A DNA stretch of 64,000 nt, taken from positions 37,898 to 101,897 of IMG/VR virus record IMGVR_UViG_3300046777_002716; one strand, given 5' to 3'. The DNA comes from a virus. Below the pieces are notes generated by a model, which was not told the DNA's origin, searched no databases, and saw only the letters and a list, made by a program, of their open reading frames with translations. Positions 58,461 through 64,000 of this stretch are shown piece by piece. Made by a program: the position numbers and the translations under genes. The first letter of the stretch is position 1, and every line of letters starts with the position of its first letter.

Positions 58461-60380
58461 TTACCTCGTTAGTTCCCCGTTTGAATAACTTGATCTGTAA
58501 GAATCCTTAGAAAATACAACACCGGATATATCATCACCCGATGAAATCACATCTTTAACCATATTTATTGCACTCTTAGAAACGTCAAATGAAATATAAA
58601 GATCTTTAAGACCTATAACATCATTTGACTCAGGAAATGCCTGTATCTCAATAATATTTTCTGGTAAATCAGTTGAAGTGATATTTATAGAACCTAATAA
58701 AATTTCACCTTTTTCATAATCAACAGTACCAGCAGAACGAACAACAATTGGTGTTTTCATAACAGATGTTGTTCCAACTCCGGATATTACTGGATATGGT
58801 TTTACTATTGAAATAGTTCCGGTTTTTAAATCTTGGTTGGGAGTATCTGTCAAGTAAACTGTATCTACTTCTCCAGCAATTTTAAATCCAGTTGATTTTA
58901 TATTGTATCCACCTGGATTTACATGAAACTTATTGCCATAACAAATTTCATATTGTGATGGTTGATTAATTAGTGCTTTTAAGTCTCTTCTAATTCTAAC
59001 TTTAGTAATATTGGAAGTAATTGCAGAATCTGTGGTGTCAATAACCTGAAGAACTTTACTATATTTAAATCTACCACCAAATGTATTAAGATTAGTTGAA
59101 TTTGAATACGTGATAAGAGATTTCTCCACTCTTGATCTTAGATCATTAACATTACCAGTTTTTGAATAATCATAATAAATTGATGAGTCAATTTCAACAT
59201 ACAGTATCTGTAAGTCTATGATATCTGCACTAATTCCAGAAATATTATATTGCTTTAACTTACTTAGAATCTGTTGTTTATTGAAATCAGATACATAAGT
59301 TCCATTTTTTGGTTTGATACTTATTAGTACCTTACCAAATTGTGGAGGAGTAAGTTCTTCTCCACCTATAACTGAAACAGATTCTGTATCTGGATAAATT
59401 TTTGTCTTGATAATTGCCTCATAGTCTCTTGCAGTTACTGCTCTGTACTGAGATGAATATATTCTTGGGGCAAAGTATCTAATTGAGTCAATATTTTCAA
59501 TATCAGAACCATTCTGAGACTTTTGAATGGTTGTAACTACAATGTTATTAGATGGTACTATTGTTACATCACTTGCATTTTTGAGAGTTCCTGCAAATGA
59601 GAAATTATCAGCACCATTACCATCCTTACCATCGGTAACAATATAAGTTACAGTAATTACTGATCCATTTTCAAGTTTTTTACCAAATACACCATCACCA
59701 AAAAGAAGTTCATATTTTTCATCCTGAACTTCTTGAATTAAATAGATTTCTGATCGAGAATCAATATCAAAAATATTATCAACTGCAGAATAAATTCTTC
59801 CAAGACCCGTATCACTTTCACCCTTTACATAAACACTAATGGTAGAGGTGTCAATATAAGAGTTGTTTAAAATAAATCTTTGATCAAGAGATCCATCAAC
59901 TATAAATTGTTTTCTTAAAAAAGTACCTTCTTTAAGGGTTATATTGGAGAAAGTTGCTGTCCCGTTTACTACACTAGCAGAAATATTGGTGGGTGAAGAA
60001 AAAACATAAGAAGATCCAGAAACCGCTCCTGTACACACTAGACCCGCCTGTAGGGTGAGTGTTGGGGTTTCTGAAGTAGTTTGTACACTAAATGAAACAA
60101 CTGCCTCTGAGGCGCTTCTTGATTTAGGTACGTATCCAATATTTCTTGCTAAGGAAACAACATTTTCTCTAACAGTTGCCGAATCCAAAAAGGATTCATT
60201 GACAACCATGTTTGAGTTAAATGCATTAATATATGTATTATACGCTAGAGTATCGATCAGTACTGAAAAATTAGACCCCTCAAAGTCAAAATCCGTGAAA
60301 TTTGAATTTGCACGAAGATAGTCCTTAATAGAGGTCCTTATCTGATCAAAATCTAAATTGGTAAATTTTGTAAAAGGCAT
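58461..60380 (-). CDS. gp6: Baseplate wedge subunit gp6
   Basis: LDFDQI, FTDFDFEGS, LAYNT, ESFLDSA..RENVVSLA, QYRAVTARDY. Confidence 0.98.
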   Translation of the reverse strand: MPFTKFTNLDFDQIRTSIKDYLRANSNFTDFDFEGSNFSVLIDTLAYNTYINAFNSNMVVNESFLDSATVRENVVSLARNIGYVPKSRSASEAVVSFSVQTTSETPTLTLQAGLVCTGAVSGSSYVFSSPTNISASVVNGTATFSNITLKEGTFLRKQFIVDGSLDQRFILNNSYIDTSTISVYVKGESDTGLGRIYSAVDNIFDIDSRSEIYLIQEVQDEKYELLFGDGVFGKKLENGSVITVTYIVTDGKDGNGADNFSFAGTLKNASDVTIVPSNNIVVTTIQKSQNGSDIENIDSIRYFAPRIYSSQYRAVTARDYEAIIKTKIYPDTESVSVIGGEELTPPQFGKVLISIKPKNGTYVSDFNKQQILSKLKQYNISGISADIIDLQILYVEIDSSIYYDYSKTGNVNDLRSRVEKSLITYSNSTNLNTFGGRFKYSKVLQVIDTTDSAITSNITKVRIRRDLKALINQPSQYEICYGNKFHVNPGGYNIKSTGFKIAGEVDTVYLTDTPNQDLKTGTISIVKPYPVISGVGTTSVMKTPIVVRSAGTVDYEKGEILLGSINITSTDLPENIIEIQAFPESNDVIGLKDLYISFDVSKSAINMVKDVISSGDDISGVVFSKDSYRSSYSNGELTR

Positions 60381-60381
60381 T

Positions 60382-60783
60382 TTATCTTGTTGCCTCTAGT
60401 ATGAATGAAAACTGTTGTGCTGGAATTTCTTGTCCAATGATATTAAAAGTCACAGTAACTTCAAATTCATTCAAATCTGGTCTTGGATCTACCTGAACCA
60501 ATACATTATCTACTCTTGGTTCATAATTATTGATTACATTAATAATTTGATCTTCTATGATAGAAGCAGTCGCATAATCAACAAAATCAAAGAGACTGCT
60601 TCTTACATTAGAACCAATGGTAGAATTAAAGAATCTTTCCGTTGGAATTGTTTCCACCAGATTTCTAATAGAACGAATAATAGCGTTCTGATTCTTAAGG
60701 ATTGGTAAATCCTTAGTCACTGGATGAGGTTCAAAGGATAAACTAATATCCTTAAATGATCTGGATATCCTGGTGATTGCCAT
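60382..60783 (-). CDS. gp25: Baseplate wedge subunit gp25
   Basis: FKDISL.F..HPVT.D, ERFFN..IGS, NYEPRV. Confidence 0.97.
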   Translation of the reverse strand: MAITRISRSFKDISLSFEPHPVTKDLPILKNQNAIIRSIRNLVETIPTERFFNSTIGSNVRSSLFDFVDYATASIIEDQIINVINNYEPRVDNVLVQVDPRPDLNEFEVTVTFNIIGQEIPAQQFSFILEATR

Positions 60784-60813
60784 TGGACATGGAATTTCTT
60801 TTGTTATTTATTA

Positions 60814-61062
60814 CTATTTCCAGGGAGAACCATAATTAGGTTCTGTCCCATAATCCCAGTCATCATAATCTTCATCATTTCTGATTTGTTTATGAATTTC
60901 TGATTGTTCCTTTAAATAATGCTTATTTTTTGGAACATCATCATGCATAATTTCCTGAATTGTCTTTTTCTCAGAAATATTATCATAATCTGTAATCAAT
61001 TTTGTGGTTCCCCACATATTATACATGTAGTCTTTGTCTCTATCCACTGGTAAATTGGACAT
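60814..61062 (-). CDS. Conserved hypothetical protein
   Basis: 82 aa, MWGTT.LITDY, IRNDEDYDDW.YGTEP; AGGAG SD. Confidence 0.8.
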   Translation of the reverse strand: MSNLPVDRDKDYMYNMWGTTKLITDYDNISEKKTIQEIMHDDVPKNKHYLKEQSEIHKQIRNDEDYDDWDYGTEPNYGSPWK

Positions 61063-61130
61063 CTTTAACTCCTGTTTTTATTAAAAAACAGAAACTTTTA
61101 TAAAGGAGGTTCCTATCTCCTTGTTATTAT

Positions 61131-61487
61131 TTAACGATTTAGAGTTCTTAGACTGTAATTATCAGAATTGAGATATTTTAGTAATTCCAGCGCAATTAAT
61201 TTGGGGTTTCCTTCCCCACAAGTATAAACATCAATTGCTATGCAACCCCTTTCTGGCCATGTATGACATGAAACATGACTTTCCGATAGTGCAATAACAA
61301 TTGTACATCCCTGAGGAATAAAGCAGTGCTGAAAAATGTTTAGAATGGTCATACCAGCACGGTTAATTCCCCTTTCCATGACCTCCTGAAGGGAATTTCC
61401 GTCGTTTAAGAGGTCAAAATCTACTCCATATACCTCTAATAAGAGGTGATTTCCCATTGAAAACTTTTCCAAGGCATACAAATCCAC
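61131..61487 (-). CDS. speD: S-adenosylmethionine decarboxylase proenzyme (SpeD family)
   Basis: G.HLLLE, F.PQG.T, LSESH (pyruvoyl cleavage site), HTWPE, DVYTCG; real start may be TTG 61472 or ATG 61457. Confidence 0.93.
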   Translation of the reverse strand: MDLYALEKFSMGNHLLLEVYGVDFDLLNDGNSLQEVMERGINRAGMTILNIFQHCFIPQGCTIVIALSESHVSCHTWPERGCIAIDVYTCGEGNPKLIALELLKYLNSDNYSLRTLNR

Positions 61488-61498
61488 TAAAAATATAT

Positions 61499-62089
61499 TT
61501 ATTTTATATAAAATCCCTTGCGTAAGTAGTCCTCATCCTTTATGTACATCATATTTTCTACCTTTTCATCGTCCCATACGGGTATTGCGACTGAGTTGTT
61601 GTACCTAAAGTCGGGATTTCTTCTAAAATGAACTTCTATTAGGTTATTTTCGATAAATTCACAGTTTATCCACTCATAACTACCCTTTAAATCATCCAAA
61701 ATTGATGGAAATTCGACTTTTTTATCAATTTTTTCCCATTTTTTCCACTTATATAAGGGATCTTCTTCATTTCTTGTACCCAACACGACAAGATCACAGT
61801 TTTTATTATGAAAATCCACACTCAGATGGTCTCCATCAAAGATTTCACACCAAAATTCCGCTGGATGTATATGATCCGTGTACTTTTTTAGATGTTCCTT
61901 ACGAGCAGAACGACCCATACCGAGCAAATTAAAGGAAGGGCGCACAATATAAAAGTCGGGTTTGGGAACAGTTGTACCAGAAGGACCACATGTATACCCC
62001 AAAACCCGACTTAAAAATAGTTTATTGTACACCCAGAGGTCTGATGAATGTATGTTTAACCATTCATCAGTACCGTCTAGATGATCCAT
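61499..62089 (-). CDS. ATP-grasp-like protein
   Basis: YNKL, YIVRP..N..GMG, EIF.G.H.SVDF, INCEF...LIEVH.R match the ATP-grasp motif order. Confidence 0.6.
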   Translation of the reverse strand: MDHLDGTDEWLNIHSSDLWVYNKLFLSRVLGYTCGPSGTTVPKPDFYIVRPSFNLLGMGRSARKEHLKKYTDHIHPAEFWCEIFDGDHLSVDFHNKNCDLVVLGTRNEEDPLYKWKKWEKIDKKVEFPSILDDLKGSYEWINCEFIENNLIEVHFRRNPDFRYNNSVAIPVWDDEKVENMMYIKDEDYLRKGFYIK

Positions 62090-62233
62090 TTATTTTCCCT
62101 GACCTCTGTACTTTTTACGAGCTTTATTGCGAGAAGTGGCGGCGTACTTAGTATTAGCCCCGCAGCCCTGTCGAGTGTTCTTGGGTTGAGACTCGATAAT
62201 TTGCTTACCACCTGATGATTTTTTTACAGCCAT
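62090..62233 (-). CDS. Small basic protein (47 aa, not in the ORF track)
   Basis: MAVKKSSGGKQIIESQPKNTRQGCGANTKYAATSRNKARKKYRGQGK; AGGAG upstream; fills the gap exactly. Confidence 0.8.
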   Translation of the reverse strand: MAVKKSSGGKQIIESQPKNTRQGCGANTKYAATSRNKARKKYRGQGK

Positions 62234-62234
62234 T

Positions 62235-62396
62235 TTAATTTTCTCCTATAATTTCGGTTTCAAGTTCATCTGGACTTGGAGAACCTGTCTGATAATATTC
62301 AATCGACAGGTCTTCCATAATATTGAAATACTCTTCCTCCGTAAGATTAGTGTAAATTTTACGTCCCCTACAAAGGATGTTGTATACTTCTGCCAT
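62235..62396 (-). CDS. Small acidic hypothetical protein
   Basis: MAEVYNILCRGRKIYTNLTEEEYF...; ATG at 62396 avoids overlap with the upstream gene. Confidence 0.75.
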   Translation of the reverse strand: MAEVYNILCRGRKIYTNLTEEEYFNIMEDLSIEYYQTGSPSPDELETEIIGEN

Positions 62397-62400
62397 TATA

Positions 62401-63150
62401 TCAAATAATTCTTGTTTTTTCGTGACCAACTCTGATGCGAGGATCACACCAAATTTCAAAACCTGCTTCCTTTGCATCCAGGCAGAAACTTACATCTTCT
62501 CCACACATGTCTTGAACCTGACCAGATTCAAATACTTGCATTTTAGGAGCAAACCATGGATATTTCATTTCTGGATGCTCGAATACTCCGTTTTTGATTA
62601 GAACCCAACCAAAACCAGTGTAGTCTACGGTGAAAGGTTTACGACGCTTGGTAATACTCTCTACGGTTTCATGATTCATGACACCACCATTACCTCTGAA
62701 GTCGTCCTCATCTAACCAGTGGGCGACTGAGGTTGTGTGACCGTCTTCTGTGGCATACCATCCAGATGCAATGTCCTTGTCCATAAGGACCAGTTGCCAG
62801 AACTTTTCGGTATTGAAGATGATGTCAGAATCAATCCATAATTGCCAGTCGTACTTTAGTTTTCCGTCCCAGGGAATCTGATCGGGTCCTTTGAGTACAT
62901 TCGCACCAAGACACTTACATCTTGCAAAGTTTACCATGGAAGAATAATCTTGAGAAATCTGAATACTTGCACCAGATTGTACAATGTCAAAACAGAGTTG
63001 CACAAAATTTTTCAGATATGCATACGATACCCCTCTACCGGGTAGGCAAAATACGATGGATTTTCCTCTCACCATTTCTTTTGCCCGTTCGTAGTCCCAT
63101 TCGGATTCAACTACTGGGGTTTTTGCTTTTACTGTAAAACCTTTAGTCAT
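62401..63150 (-). CDS. GT-A fold glycosyltransferase-like protein
   Basis: WIDSDI (DxD), GFGWVLIK.GVFE, GEDVSFC, VGHEK. Confidence 0.8.
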   Translation of the reverse strand: MTKGFTVKAKTPVVESEWDYERAKEMVRGKSIVFCLPGRGVSYAYLKNFVQLCFDIVQSGASIQISQDYSSMVNFARCKCLGANVLKGPDQIPWDGKLKYDWQLWIDSDIIFNTEKFWQLVLMDKDIASGWYATEDGHTTSVAHWLDEDDFRGNGGVMNHETVESITKRRKPFTVDYTGFGWVLIKNGVFEHPEMKYPWFAPKMQVFESGQVQDMCGEDVSFCLDAKEAGFEIWCDPRIRVGHEKTRII

Positions 63151-63198
63151 GGAATTAATTAGTTTACTTTCATATCATACTCTATTATGTATTGGGTG

Positions 63199-63396
63199 TC
63201 AATCTCTGTCTTTTTCGGTCAGTACCAAGTCCGACCCTTCGAGTGTAAATGAGATTTCTGTGTCTTCGTACCATGATAGTTCATTCACAATCCATTCTGG
63301 GATCGTAATGAAGTACTCCCCACTAATTGGATCAACCTCTAAGGACTTAAAATTTTCTCCGGAATTTTTTTTCATATCTTTGAACGGTTTTTGCAT
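63199..63396 (-). CDS. AbrB/MazE-like swapped-hairpin DNA-binding protein
   Basis: GEYFITIPEWIVNELSW.EDTEI.F..EG..LVL. Confidence 0.75.
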   Translation of the reverse strand: MQKPFKDMKKNSGENFKSLEVDPISGEYFITIPEWIVNELSWYEDTEISFTLEGSDLVLTEKDRD

Positions 63397-63624
63397 TATA
63401 TATGAGGTCTGTGAGACTTTTTTATTGGGCGGATTTTTTTATTTTAGAGTCTTATAGAACGGTCGCTTGGGTAACACTTTGTAGGTTAGGGTAGTTAAGG
63501 GTTTTATAATCGCCCCCACCCCCGCCGCGTTAACTGTCAAACACGAACGCACGAATAGGGCGGTAAAGTATAAAGAACTGCCGCCCACTAACGTATACCT
63601 TAGGTGCGGTGGGAAAGGGTAAGG

Positions 63625-63650
63625 AAAGGGGGCAGAATTGCCTGCCCCTG
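63625..63650 (-). terminator. Probable terminator after the 108-aa ORF
   Basis: GGGGCAG-GCAATT-CTGCCCC followed by CTTTCCTT (weak T-tract). Confidence 0.55.
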
Positions 63651-63657
63651 TTGTAAT

Positions 63658-63984
63658 TTAACCTACAAATGATTCTAAAACAGTGCTATTGTAGAGGTTA
63701 CAAATAGCATCATCGGCATCATAATCGGGTTCGGGTTCGGGTTCAAATGCTATTTCAACTGCCATACAATCGCAGGCGGGGATGCCATAATCTCGCGCAT
63801 CATGACAGCGTGTGAAATAGGAGTCATCATCGGACGGCGATACAAACAAATAGCGCGATCCTAGGTCTGAAATGAAACGCCGAACGATGCTATCCTCAGC
63901 ATCATCTAATCCCGTAAAATCATCATTCACCAGAGCACAAATCCAATGCGCGGGAATGACATAAGGTTGAAGGTCAATTGCCAT
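63658..63984 (-). CDS. Acidic hypothetical protein, probable early gene
   Basis: IPAHW..ALVNDD.TGLDD.E motif; GC-richer coding than the rest of the window. Confidence 0.7.
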   Translation of the reverse strand: MAIDLQPYVIPAHWICALVNDDFTGLDDAEDSIVRRFISDLGSRYLFVSPSDDDSYFTRCHDARDYGIPACDCMAVEIAFEPEPEPDYDADDAICNLYNSTVLESFVG

Positions 63985-64000
63985 GATCCTAGGTGTGGTG

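Noticed and set aside
63149-63457. Plus-strand 102-aa ORF
   Set aside because: Antisense to the AbrB-like gene, with no supporting signals
63486-63491. TTAGGG telomere-like hexamer
   Set aside because: Single copy, not a tandem array
1-64000. tRNA, rRNA, CRISPR array, inteins, stop-codon recoding
   Set aside because: None seen by eye; core genes have expected lengths in the standard code. tRNAscan-SE and Infernal were not run

Overview
A 64-kb segment of a T4-like cyanomyovirus genome (Kyanoviridae-type gene content and order), about one-third GC, with every convincing gene on the minus strand. In transcription order (right to left): the edge of a GC-richer region; an AbrB-like gene, a GT-A glycosyltransferase-like gene, an ATP-grasp-like gene and speD; baseplate genes (gp25, gp6, a 3954-aa gp7, gp8) and a 2394-aa VrlC-like protein; neck, tail, packaging and head genes (gp13-gp23, gp3); uvsY, uvsW, gp55, gp47 and gp46 with two free-standing HNH endonucleases; a CobT/CobS-like VWA + AAA+ pair; gp45, gp44, gp62, regA and hsp20. 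Four small ORFs missing from the ORF track were found by hand, including an NblA-like protein and an internal-head-protein-like ORF. Most notable: (1) a three-gene HTH-like / His-Me-nuclease-like / DruA(DUF4338)-like cassette splitting a divergent clamp-loader pair; (2) a ROSE-like RNA thermometer upstream of hsp20; (3) the NblA-like ORF; (4) the speD + ATP-grasp pairing; (5) late-promoter-in-hairpin translational control of both HNH genes; (6) a recurring G-[IV]-[GST]-T motif across virion proteins. All family assignments come from motif recognition, not database searches.
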